32,000 nt of DNA from an archaeon (GCA_035390665.1 DAOOUC010000006.1:1-32000), one strand, 5' to 3'; positions 16,675-25,102 are shown, counted from the first letter of the stretch. Program-made: numbers and translations. Notes: generated by a model from the sequence alone, not told the origin.

Positions 16675-18300
16675 ATGAAATTAAAAGCATTATCTCCAAT
16701 AATAGCAACAATTCTTTTAGTAGTAGTTGCAGTAATTCTTATAACAATTATTCTAACTTGGGGAAAAGAATTTTCAACAAGCAGCTTAAATAAAACAAAC
16801 AATTTTGGAGATTTAAAAGCATCAGATGCAACAAATTTCATTTATCCAAAATCTGCACAAAATGGAATAATGCAATTTACTTATTCTCCACCAAGTCAAA
16901 TAACAGAAGACATAAATATCACACACTATCGTGTGCTTAATATTACAGAGATGACTGAACCAATTGCTTTAGAAGAACCTACAATTTTAACAAACACAAA
17001 TATTTTAGAACTTCCTTGTCTTTATGAATACAGCACAATAACACCAGATCTTACAATACAACTTATCACAGCAGAAAATACATACATTAATATAAAAACA
17101 AAAGACCCTGGAATGGTTTGTTCTCCTGGAGGAACAGGAACAGAAGCTGATCCAATTATCATTTGTGATGCAGAAGATTTAAACAATATAAGAAATGATT
17201 TAGATGCAAATTATTCTTTAGGAAAAGATATTGATTTACAATGCTTTTCAAGAAGAGATGAAAATGGTTGGGAACCTATCGGAAATACCGGTAGTGGAAA
17301 TTATTTTACGGGATCATTAAATGGTAATAATCATATAATCAATAATTTATATATCAATAGACCTGCAACAGATATTGTTGGATTATTTGGGATTATTAAT
17401 GGAGAACTTGATAATATTGGATTAACCGACGTAAATATAACTGGGGGACATATAACTGCTGGATTAGTGGGAGATTATGAAACCTCAGGCACTTTAATTT
17501 TAAATAATAGTTATGTTACTGGAAATATTTCAGGAAATTATATTGTTGGAGGTTTGGTGGGATATAATGAAGCCTATATTGATAATTGCTATTTTTCAGG
17601 AAACATTATAGATACTAATGCAGTCGGGTATTGTATTGGTGGATTAATAGGTATGCAAAATTGGACTAACATATCTAATAGTTATTCTACAGGCACAATA
17701 ACAGTAACTTCACCATCTAGTCAAACTGGCGGATTAGTAGGATATGCCGATGGTAATATCTCTAATTGTTATTCTACAGCAAATGTAATAGGGCAGGATT
17801 ATGTCGGAGGATTAGTGGGTTACTATTATTTTAATACCATTTCGTCTAGTTATGCTACCGGAGATGTTAATGGAAAAAAATATGTAGGTGGGTTTGCGGG
17901 CTATAATGATGGTTCAGATTCTGCTGCTGGTACTTTAAATATTTCTAATAGTTATTCTCTTGGAGATGTAACTAGAATTTCTGGTTTAGATCAAAATATT
18001 GGAGGGTTTGTAGGATTTAATAAAAAAGGAGCAATTATAAATTCTTATTCTACGGGTTCAGTTTCAGGGAACAGTTGGACGCCAACAGATAAAGGCTTTG
18101 TCGGGGCAATAACTACTGGTGGCAATTATGCAGACACAAATAATTTTTATGATACTACAATATCTTTACAAACTTCCACAGCAGGTAATGCTGTTGCAAA
18201 GACTACAGCACAAATGAAAACTCAAAGTACTTTCTCTGGATGGGATTTTTCAACAGTTTGGAATATTACAGAAGGAGTTACTTATCCTTTCTTAAGATAA
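16675..18300 (+). CDS. Surface protein with archaeal type IV pilin-like N-terminus and GLUG-motif repeats
   Basis: MKLKALSPIIATILLVVVAVILITIILTWG N-terminus; repeated GGLVGY...I.NSYSTG units typical of GLUG repeats; internal ATG at 16675 preferred over 16657. Confidence 0.85.
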   Translation: MKLKALSPIIATILLVVVAVILITIILTWGKEFSTSSLNKTNNFGDLKASDATNFIYPKSAQNGIMQFTYSPPSQITEDINITHYRVLNITEMTEPIALEEPTILTNTNILELPCLYEYSTITPDLTIQLITAENTYINIKTKDPGMVCSPGGTGTEADPIIICDAEDLNNIRNDLDANYSLGKDIDLQCFSRRDENGWEPIGNTGSGNYFTGSLNGNNHIINNLYINRPATDIVGLFGIINGELDNIGLTDVNITGGHITAGLVGDYETSGTLILNNSYVTGNISGNYIVGGLVGYNEAYIDNCYFSGNIIDTNAVGYCIGGLIGMQNWTNISNSYSTGTITVTSPSSQTGGLVGYADGNISNCYSTANVIGQDYVGGLVGYYYFNTISSSYATGDVNGKKYVGGFAGYNDGSDSAAGTLNISNSYSLGDVTRISGLDQNIGGFVGFNKKGAIINSYSTGSVSGNSWTPTDKGFVGAITTGGNYADTNNFYDTTISLQTSTAGNAVAKTTAQMKTQSTFSGWDFSTVWNITEGVTYPFLR

Positions 18301-18366
18301 TTAAAATAAACATTATTTATTGGACAAATATCAATTTATAATAATTTCTTTAACTAATCTATCTAT

Positions 18367-18438
18367 GGGCTTCTAGTTCAATGGTAGAATATCTCCTTCG
18401 CATGGAGAAGGTTGCGAGTTCGAGTCTCGCGAAGTCCA
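18367..18438 (+). tRNA. tRNA-Ala (CGC)
   Basis: TCTCC-TTCGCAT-GGAGA anticodon arm, G3-U70 acceptor wobble pair, GCGAG-TTCGAGT-CTCGC T arm. Confidence 0.9.
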
Positions 18439-18440
18439 TG

Positions 18441-18571
18441 AGAGCCGGTTTCGGTCGTGCTAAACAAATCGCATCTGTGATTTCTTGGCATCCAGAAAAC
18501 TTATAGTTTTCTTGAGCTCGCGCCCAATGGTGTCGGTTCGTGCGCAATGGATTTCGCGGTTATCCGCAATG
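18441..18571 (+). ncRNA. Candidate structured RNA between two tRNA-Ala genes
   Basis: GC-rich tract in an AT-rich region with AGAAAAC-TTATA-GTTTTCT (18494-18512) and GCGG-TTAT-CCGC (18556-18567) hairpins, no plausible ORF; strand assumed. Confidence 0.35.
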
Positions 18572-18609
18572 ATTAATTTATATTTATTTCTCTGGTTAAT
18601 TATATTAAA

Positions 18610-18681
18610 GGGCTTCTGGCTCAACGGTAGAGCACTTCCCTAGCACGGAAGGGGTTGCGAGTTCGAATCTCGCGGAGTCCA
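18610..18681 (+). tRNA. tRNA-Ala with anticodon AGC
   Basis: CTTCC-CTAGCAC-GGAAG anticodon arm (U33, A34 G35 C36), G3-U70 pair, intact D and T arms. Confidence 0.9.
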
Positions 18682-18765
18682 CTTTTAAAAAAAAGATTCA
18701 TTTATATTTATTTCTTTAATTATATATATTAGTAATCAAGCAATTTTTGTTTTAAATTCTTAGAT

Positions 18766-18837
18766 GGGCTCCTGGCTCAATGGTAGAGTACTTCCCTTGC
18801 ACGGAAGGGGTTGCGAGTTCGAGTCTCGCGGAGTCCA
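18766..18837 (+). tRNA. tRNA-Ala (TGC)
   Basis: CTTCC-CTTGCAC-GGAAG anticodon arm, G3-U70 pair, intact D and T arms. Confidence 0.93.
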
Positions 18838-18945
18838 TGCGTTTTTCTTTCAAGAAACACGCGGAAAAGAAACTACTTATTTTGCTATTCTATTTTTTAG
18901 ATAACTTTATAAATTATATATTTCTATATTATATTGTGATAATTT

Positions 18946-19170
18946 ATGCCTGTAATTAAACCAAAGCAAGTAAAAAGGCCAGCAAAAAGAATTGCTCCTA
19001 AAACTTTAGAAAATATGAGAAAAAAAACTGCAATTATGACAGATTTAAAAAAGTTAGTAGATAATTTAGGGAAACCAAATCCGGAATTACAAAAAAGATT
19101 GGACGAAAATGCAATAAGAAATAATAGAGTTCCAAGAAACGGACTAAAATTAAGACAATCTAAGAAGTGA
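18946..19170 (+). CDS. Small basic hypothetical protein
   Basis: 74-aa complete ORF with an upstream TATA-like sequence, followed 6 nt later by the next ORF. Confidence 0.6.
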   Translation: MPVIKPKQVKRPAKRIAPKTLENMRKKTAIMTDLKKLVDNLGKPNPELQKRLDENAIRNNRVPRNGLKLRQSKK

Positions 19171-19176
19171 AAAGAT

Positions 19177-19911
19177 ATGATAGATTTTAAAAAAGCATTA
19201 ACTAGTTTTTATTCTGGTATTAAATGGTATTATATTGTTTTTATATTGGCAATTGCTTGCCTTTCTTTGATTAATGATACAATGGCTATTGTTTCTTTAA
19301 TGCTAACATTGATATTTGGAATATCTATTTTTGGTTTAAAACTTACAGATAAATTAAAAACACCAAAAAAAACAGTTGTCCCAATCTTAAAAAATTCAGG
19401 AATGTTATTATTAATATCAATAATCTTCTTGATTGCTCAATATGTATTAATGATAATCGGAATGATTCCATTCTTACTAATTGCTAAAGATCCAAGTATG
19501 TTAGTTAACCCTTCTGATTTTGAAGTATTATTATATTCTACACCTGGTTGGCAATTAATTATTGCAGCAATTGTTTTATTGATATTTGTAATGGGTGCAA
19601 TAATCTTAGAACTATTTAAAATATTCGGAATGACAAGATATTTTAAAACAGAAAAATTTGTAGAAATATTTGATATTAAAGATAATTTAAAACAAATATT
19701 TACTAAAGACTACTTAACAATAATTATATTTTTATTTGGAATAATATTTATAAGCATAATAAAAATATCAATTATTTTCTTTTTACTTACATTAATCCTT
19801 AATGAAACAATTTCAGGATTAATTACAAGTGCATTTTTGATAATTATTGCTTTAATTGTTATAATAATACACTATTCTTTAGTTTATGATAAGCTTTATA
19901 ATAAAAAGTAA
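19177..19911 (+). CDS. Multi-pass membrane protein of unknown function
   Basis: 244 aa with about six hydrophobic segments. Confidence 0.7.
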   Translation: MIDFKKALTSFYSGIKWYYIVFILAIACLSLINDTMAIVSLMLTLIFGISIFGLKLTDKLKTPKKTVVPILKNSGMLLLISIIFLIAQYVLMIIGMIPFLLIAKDPSMLVNPSDFEVLLYSTPGWQLIIAAIVLLIFVMGAIILELFKIFGMTRYFKTEKFVEIFDIKDNLKQIFTKDYLTIIIFLFGIIFISIIKISIIFFLLTLILNETISGLITSAFLIIIALIVIIIHYSLVYDKLYNKK

Positions 19912-19947
19912 AGCTTTTTATTCTCTTTTTCTCTTTATTTATATATA

Positions 19948-20189
19948 GTAGCTGGTGTTTTGGTTGTTTTGGGTTTCTAATCCAAAAAGGAAAGTCCACT
20001 CACTAGGTTAAAATTGTTTTTTGAGTAGAAAGGAACACGGCTTCTTGTCATTCAACAGATGATGTGTTAAACTGATGGACAAGAAGAGAGGCTGAAAAAT
20101 TGCAAAAGACAATTCTAGTGCAAGGAAGTCAAACTTCTGCTTAGACAAATAAACCAAATTAGTACAGAAAGTGGCTTATAGCCAGTTAC
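19948..20189 (+). ncRNA. rnpB: RNase P RNA, compact
   Basis: P1 GTAGCTGG/CCAGTTAC; CR-I AGGAAAGTCCACT near the 5' end and CR-V ACAGAAAGTGGCTTATAGCC at the 3' end (CCAC/GTGG pairing). Confidence 0.9.
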
Positions 20190-20809
20190 TATATTTTTTC
20201 TAATCTTTTTATAGATCTTTTTAAATTAATTCTGGCTTTTTTTTCATATTTTTTTCTATAGAAATCAGTATTATAAATATTTGATTTTTGTAAAAAGTAA
20301 AGTAATACTTTTATTCTTCCATCTTTGTATTTTTCTAACGGAACCCAATAATATTCTTTTCTAATATTATTTTCATATTTATCAAATTCTTTTTTGGATT
20401 GCCCAAAAATACACAAGTCAATATCTTGTAATAATCTTTCTTCCTTTTTTCTAGATGTTTTCTGATGTTTTGTAGAAAGTATTAATGATGTCGTTTTATT
20501 TATTAATTTATTAGATAATTTTGCTTTTTTTAAAACTTTTACAAGATATTTTGCAGACATTTCTTCGTTATCATTATCTTTTGTATCGTAGATTATATCG
20601 TGATACCAAATAGCAAGTTCAATTAAATCAAAATCATATTTGTCTTTAGTTTTTTTAAAATTATCTAATTCTTTTAAACACATTTTTATATGTGATAAGT
20701 TATGATAATATCTTTTTTTGGAATAAAGTGTATTTAAATTATTAAATTCAATAATTGGATCACTTTTCGCATTAATTTGCTTCCATAACTTAATAAATTT
20801 TGATTTCAT
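20189..20809 (-). CDS. Predicted HD-superfamily metal-dependent phosphohydrolase
   Basis: RYYHNLSHI...AIWYHDIIYD HD-type motifs. Confidence 0.75.
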   Translation of the reverse strand: MKSKFIKLWKQINAKSDPIIEFNNLNTLYSKKRYYHNLSHIKMCLKELDNFKKTKDKYDFDLIELAIWYHDIIYDTKDNDNEEMSAKYLVKVLKKAKLSNKLINKTTSLILSTKHQKTSRKKEERLLQDIDLCIFGQSKKEFDKYENNIRKEYYWVPLEKYKDGRIKVLLYFLQKSNIYNTDFYRKKYEKKARINLKRSIKRLEKI

Positions 20810-21945
20810 TTTAGATTTAATTCTTTTATTATATTGTCGATTATTTTATTTAGAACTTCTTTATTTTTATTAAATTCTTCAGAATTATCAAAAATCCACA
20901 ATTTTCCGTAATTATTTTTTACTATTATTTCTTCTAAATTATTTTTCTTTTGTATATAGTCAAATTGGCTATTTAATCTTCTATCTATCTGTTCACTAGT
21001 TAGTTTTCTAGAGAATAGTCTTTGTTTTTGAATATCTTTATCTACTTTAACAACTAATACATTATTATTACAAAGATATGTAAGATTAGATTCTGCAATT
21101 AATGCAGCATTAATTATTATGAGTCCTTTTTTACCATATATTTCTTTTCTTAATCTTACTAATATTGGAGTATACATTATTTCATTTAATTGCTTTAATT
21201 TTTCATTATTATTAAATACAATTTCTCCAAGAATTTTGCGATCTATTGTTCCATCAGATTTCTTTATATTTTCTCCAAAAGTTTTAATTAATTGATTTCT
21301 GATTTTCTCATATTTTTCATCTTTTAATTCAGAGAGAATCTTGTGCCCCAAATGATCTAATTCAATATTGTGTGCCTCTATTCCTTTTTCTTTACATAGT
21401 TCTAAAATTTGTTCACAAACAAAAGATTTCCCACTTCCAATTTCTCCAGTTACTCCTATAATAAACTGATTAGATAATTTTCTTTCAATCTCTTGCTTAA
21501 CATTTAAAGGTACATATTCATGTACAAATCCTTGTTCTTTCTGAATTCCTTTTACTACACTTGAACTTACATGAGCAAGTTCTGGTCTTGCAAAAAGAAT
21601 AAAAGTATCAATACCTAATTTTTGACTATCTCCTACTTGATGTAAAATATTTTCATAATCAAAATCAGCAGAATTTCTTACACCTTTAACTATAACATCT
21701 ATGTCATTTTCGTAAGCATAATCCACTAAAAGTCCAGAAAAAGAGACTACTTTTACATTATTTAAATCAATTAAGGATTTTTTAGCAAGAGATAGTCTTT
21801 CTTCTAGAGTAAACAAATAATTCTTACTGGGATTTACTCCAATTCCAACAACGACTTTATCAAAAACTTTAGAAGCTCTCTTAATTATGTCAATATGTCC
21901 AAAAGTAATTGGATCTCCAGAAAATGCATACATTGCTGTTGTCAT
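20806..21945 (-). CDS. Bifunctional phosphopantetheine adenylyltransferase (CoaD-like) - dephospho-CoA kinase (CoaE-like) fusion
   Basis: N-term FSGDPITFGHIDIIKRA, ARPELAHVSSSVVKGI (bacterial-type PPAT); C-term IIGVTGEIGSGKS P-loop, ELDHLGH, LIIINAALIAE (DPCK). Confidence 0.85.
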   Translation of the reverse strand: MTTAMYAFSGDPITFGHIDIIKRASKVFDKVVVGIGVNPSKNYLFTLEERLSLAKKSLIDLNNVKVVSFSGLLVDYAYENDIDVIVKGVRNSADFDYENILHQVGDSQKLGIDTFILFARPELAHVSSSVVKGIQKEQGFVHEYVPLNVKQEIERKLSNQFIIGVTGEIGSGKSFVCEQILELCKEKGIEAHNIELDHLGHKILSELKDEKYEKIRNQLIKTFGENIKKSDGTIDRKILGEIVFNNNEKLKQLNEIMYTPILVRLRKEIYGKKGLIIINAALIAESNLTYLCNNNVLVVKVDKDIQKQRLFSRKLTSEQIDRRLNSQFDYIQKKNNLEEIIVKNNYGKLWIFDNSEEFNKNKEVLNKIIDNIIKELNLK

Positions 21946-22001
21946 AAATATCTTATCTTATTATACATTTTATATTTGTTTTGATTGTTAATTTTTATAT
22001 T

Positions 22002-22814
22002 ATGCCACTAAGAAATATTACTTTAGGCTCAAGATTAAGATCCAAAGTAAGAACAATTAGAAAGATAACAACAAAAGATAATGGAAAAGTAGCAATAACT
22101 GTTGATCCAAAAACAAAAACACGATTTTATACTAAAGTTGAAAAAAACCAATTTAATCTTCCTTCAAGAATCACACACATGACCCCTGAAGCCCATAGAA
22201 TATTAAAAGAAAATCCAGAATTACCTAATTTTCTAAAACAAGAGCTTTCTCAAAAAGGTAAAAGAATAGATGCAAGATTAGAAACAAGAAATGGAATATT
22301 TATCTTAAGAGATTTTGAAAATAATGGTTTAACAAATAATGGAACATTTAGTTTATGGTATATGGATAAAAAAACAACCACAAATAAAACTTATTTTATA
22401 AAAAGATATCCGAATCTTACAAGTTGGGGTAATGCAGAAGCTGAATTTCTCGCGGTTAAAGAAATGGAAAGATTAGGATTTAATATAATTAAACCACAAT
22501 TTGCAATTACCGATATAGCAAAAACACCTAATATTATTATTTATGATTATACTAATCTATTATCTTATCCTCAAGCAGTAATAAAAAGAAAAATAAGTGG
22601 TAGTGAAATACTTAAAATAGAAGAAACTTTTACTAAATTAGTAAAATCTCCTGCATTAAAAAATCTAAATGATTTTCACACATTTACATATAGGGTTTCT
22701 CCTAATAAGAACGTCTTTATTAAAAGATTATCTAATGGTAAATTAAAACTATATTTTACTGATATCTATTGGGAAGAAGAAGCATATAAAAGAAAGAGAG
22801 AAGAATATCTATGA
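22002..22814 (+). CDS. Divergent kinase-fold-like protein, member 3 of the paralog family
   Basis: ENPELPNFLKQEL / TYFIKRYPN / AEFLAVKEMERLGFNIIKPQFAI / NIIIYDY / KLKLYFTDIYWE; internal ATG at 22002 preferred over TTG at 21981. Confidence 0.5.
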   Translation: MPLRNITLGSRLRSKVRTIRKITTKDNGKVAITVDPKTKTRFYTKVEKNQFNLPSRITHMTPEAHRILKENPELPNFLKQELSQKGKRIDARLETRNGIFILRDFENNGLTNNGTFSLWYMDKKTTTNKTYFIKRYPNLTSWGNAEAEFLAVKEMERLGFNIIKPQFAITDIAKTPNIIIYDYTNLLSYPQAVIKRKISGSEILKIEETFTKLVKSPALKNLNDFHTFTYRVSPNKNVFIKRLSNGKLKLYFTDIYWEEEAYKRKREEYL

Positions 22815-23380
22815 GTGGAATATTAACTACAATTGTTGGGCCAATGTTTTCTGGTAAAACAACAGAACTTTTGCGTTTGATGGATAGAGAATTGATTGCT
22901 AAAAGAAGTTCAATTCTATTTAAACCAAATATAGATAATAGATACTCAAAAGAAGAGGTTGTTAACCATAACGGTATTGGAAGAAAAGCACTAATTGCTT
23001 GCTGTTCTAAAGATATTTTAAATAAAGTTTTAGAATTAGAAAAAACCGAAAATATAGAAAACATATTTATTGATGAAGTTCAATTTTTTGATTCAGGAAT
23101 AACTGATGTTATTAAAAAAATTAATGATTTAGGAATAGACATATATACTTGTGGACTTAATCAAACCTTTAAAGGAGAACCATTCCCGTTTAAGGATGGA
23201 GAAAAAGACATAGGTTATCTTATGGCTATAAGTGATTATGTTATATCTATTGATGCTGTTTGTAATGAATGTGGAAACAAAGCCACAAAGACATATAGGA
23301 AAGGAAAGGAAGAAGAAACAGTAATTGTTGGTGGGCAAGACTTGTATCAAGCAAGATGTAAAAATTGTTGGAATAAATAA
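22811..23380 (+). CDS. tdk: Thymidine kinase
   Basis: GPMFSGKTTELLR, IDEVQFFD, CGLNQTFKGEPFPF, two CxxC pairs (CNECG, CKNCW); 4-nt overlap with the upstream gene. Confidence 0.93.
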   Translation: MSGILTTIVGPMFSGKTTELLRLMDRELIAKRSSILFKPNIDNRYSKEEVVNHNGIGRKALIACCSKDILNKVLELEKTENIENIFIDEVQFFDSGITDVIKKINDLGIDIYTCGLNQTFKGEPFPFKDGEKDIGYLMAISDYVISIDAVCNECGNKATKTYRKGKEEETVIVGGQDLYQARCKNCWNK

Positions 23381-23438
23381 TTATATTTATAAATTATTGG
23401 GACTTATAAATTTAAAACAAAAAGGAGAAAGATAAAAT

Positions 23439-23867
23439 ATGGCAGAAGAATCAATTCAATTTATAGCAAATTTTGATAAATTTGTTTCTATTAAGAAACT
23501 AACAATTGACAAAGAAGTTGGACCAAAAGAAGTTATTGAATTTCTTACAAGTGTTCAGTTTACTACATCTCAAAAAATAAAAGACTATATTGGTAAGATA
23601 ATAGATGTTAAAAGCTTTGATGAAAAAACCAAAAAACTTTATGCACTAAATCTTGGACAATTTATGGAAGAAGTTAATTCAAATGGAACAAAGAAAATAA
23701 TTAAAGAATTTATACCTGCAACAATGGAAAAGAAAGAAGAAAAAGATGCATATATTGAACTTTTAAAAGTTTACTTGATAGAAAAATATGCTGCAGAAAA
23801 AAAGATAGTCATCGGGGCACACCATATTGTCTTTCCAGCAAATAAAAAGTTAATGAAGAAGAAATAA
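23439..23867 (+). CDS. Hypothetical protein
   Basis: 142-aa complete ORF, 1-nt gap to the next gene. Confidence 0.6.
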   Translation: MAEESIQFIANFDKFVSIKKLTIDKEVGPKEVIEFLTSVQFTTSQKIKDYIGKIIDVKSFDEKTKKLYALNLGQFMEEVNSNGTKKIIKEFIPATMEKKEEKDAYIELLKVYLIEKYAAEKKIVIGAHHIVFPANKKLMKKK

Positions 23868-23868
23868 A

Positions 23869-24750
23869 ATGAATTTTTCAGAAAAATTAAAACTAAGATG
23901 GGATTTATCTCTTTTCTCTCTTGTTATAACAAATATAATTGTAATTGTTATAGCTATTATTCAGAAATGGGACTTTCCAATATTGTTTTCAGTATATATA
24001 GCACAAACTCAAATAATTGCTTTCTTTTATTTCTTTAAAATAATATTTAAAAAAAACACAATAACTTATGGATTAACAATTAATAAGAAAACAATTAATC
24101 CGACAATTACTAATAAATTAATTTTAGCATTACTTTATTATGGTGGTTTTTATCTGGTTATGAGAATTGTTTATTTTTTTGCTCAGTTCTTGAGTTTTAC
24201 AATGCCAGGACTGAACCTTTCTAAAATGGCAACTGCTTTTGTGGGTATTGTTATTTTTTTTATAAATCATCTAATCTCATTTATAGTTAATTTTAAAATA
24301 GATTCAGAAAAAGAAGAAACATTAAAAGAATTAATGATTGCTCCGTATTTAAGAATTATACCAATCATTATAATTAGTTTCTTTGGTATTTTACTTAATT
24401 TTTTATCAATTATATTTTTAATATTAAAAGCAATTGTTGATATTTATAGTCATAACTATATACATCAAATGAAAGACGACTATTTGAAATATAAGGTAAA
24501 GAATAAAACAAAAGAAAATCCAAAAACAAATTTAATAAAAATTAAATCATCAGTTGCGCCTTTTGTCAAAGGTCTAGTAATCTATTGGATAGTATCTGTT
24601 GCAATTTTTATTGTTTTATTATTTTTAATATTAGGTGCAATAGTAAATTTTTGGTTTTATATAGCCTCAGGATTATCTTTAATTGTTACAATATTACTAA
24701 TTCTTGTTTTCCTTAAACATTTTAAAAGAATCAACGAGTCAGACAAATAA
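23869..24750 (+). CDS. Multi-pass membrane protein of unknown function
   Basis: 293 aa with several hydrophobic helices. Confidence 0.7.
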   Translation: MNFSEKLKLRWDLSLFSLVITNIIVIVIAIIQKWDFPILFSVYIAQTQIIAFFYFFKIIFKKNTITYGLTINKKTINPTITNKLILALLYYGGFYLVMRIVYFFAQFLSFTMPGLNLSKMATAFVGIVIFFINHLISFIVNFKIDSEKEETLKELMIAPYLRIIPIIIISFFGILLNFLSIIFLILKAIVDIYSHNYIHQMKDDYLKYKVKNKTKENPKTNLIKIKSSVAPFVKGLVIYWIVSVAIFIVLLFLILGAIVNFWFYIASGLSLIVTILLILVFLKHFKRINESDK

Positions 24751-24828
24751 ATGGAATAAACAGTAGGTATTTATATAATTTTTCTTTCTTAATTATTATA
24801 TCAAGCAATTGATTAAAAGGAAAATTAT

Positions 24829-24955
24829 CCCTCCTTAGCATAGCGGTTAGTGCGTCCGGCTGTAGACTAAAAGATTACACTCTTTTTTTGATTGTGGCAA
24901 TCCACATCAAAAGGCAGTGACCGGAAGATCCCCAGTCCAAATCTGGGAGGAGGGA
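24829..24955 (+). tRNA. tRNA-Tyr (GTA) with 54-nt BHB intron at 24866..24919
   Basis: CCCTCCT/AGGAGGG acceptor (C1-G72), GTA at 24862-24864, anticodon stem TCCGG/CCGGA; two 3-nt bulges (AGA, TGA) separated by 4-bp helix CTGT/GCAG; intron after position 37. Confidence 0.93.
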
Positions 24956-25002
24956 ATCCGACTTCAACTAAAACCTTCTATTTAAGTTGGAGTAACATAT
25001 TA

Positions 25003-25066
25003 ACTAAATAGTGTTACCTTAAATTTTTTAATTAAATAGTGTATTACTCACTAAAGTGTATTACTC
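25003..25066 (+). repeat. Three short imperfect direct repeats upstream of the Fic gene
   Basis: ACTAAATAGTGT-TAC (25003), ATTAAATAGTGTATTACTC (25031), ACTAAAGTGTATTACTC (25050); the last two share AGTGTATTACTC exactly. Confidence 0.6.
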
Positions 25067-25102
25067 GATACCTTTTTAAATATTTTGAGTAATACAATTT
25101 AT

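Noticed and set aside
16614-16841. 75-aa minus-strand ORF at the pilin-like gene start
   Set aside because: It overlaps the start and signal segment of a strongly supported gene.
18359-18547. 62-aa minus-strand ORF over tRNA-Ala(CGC) and the GC-rich tract
   Set aside because: It is antisense to a clear tRNA; the predicted protein resembles spurious tRNA-derived ORFs.
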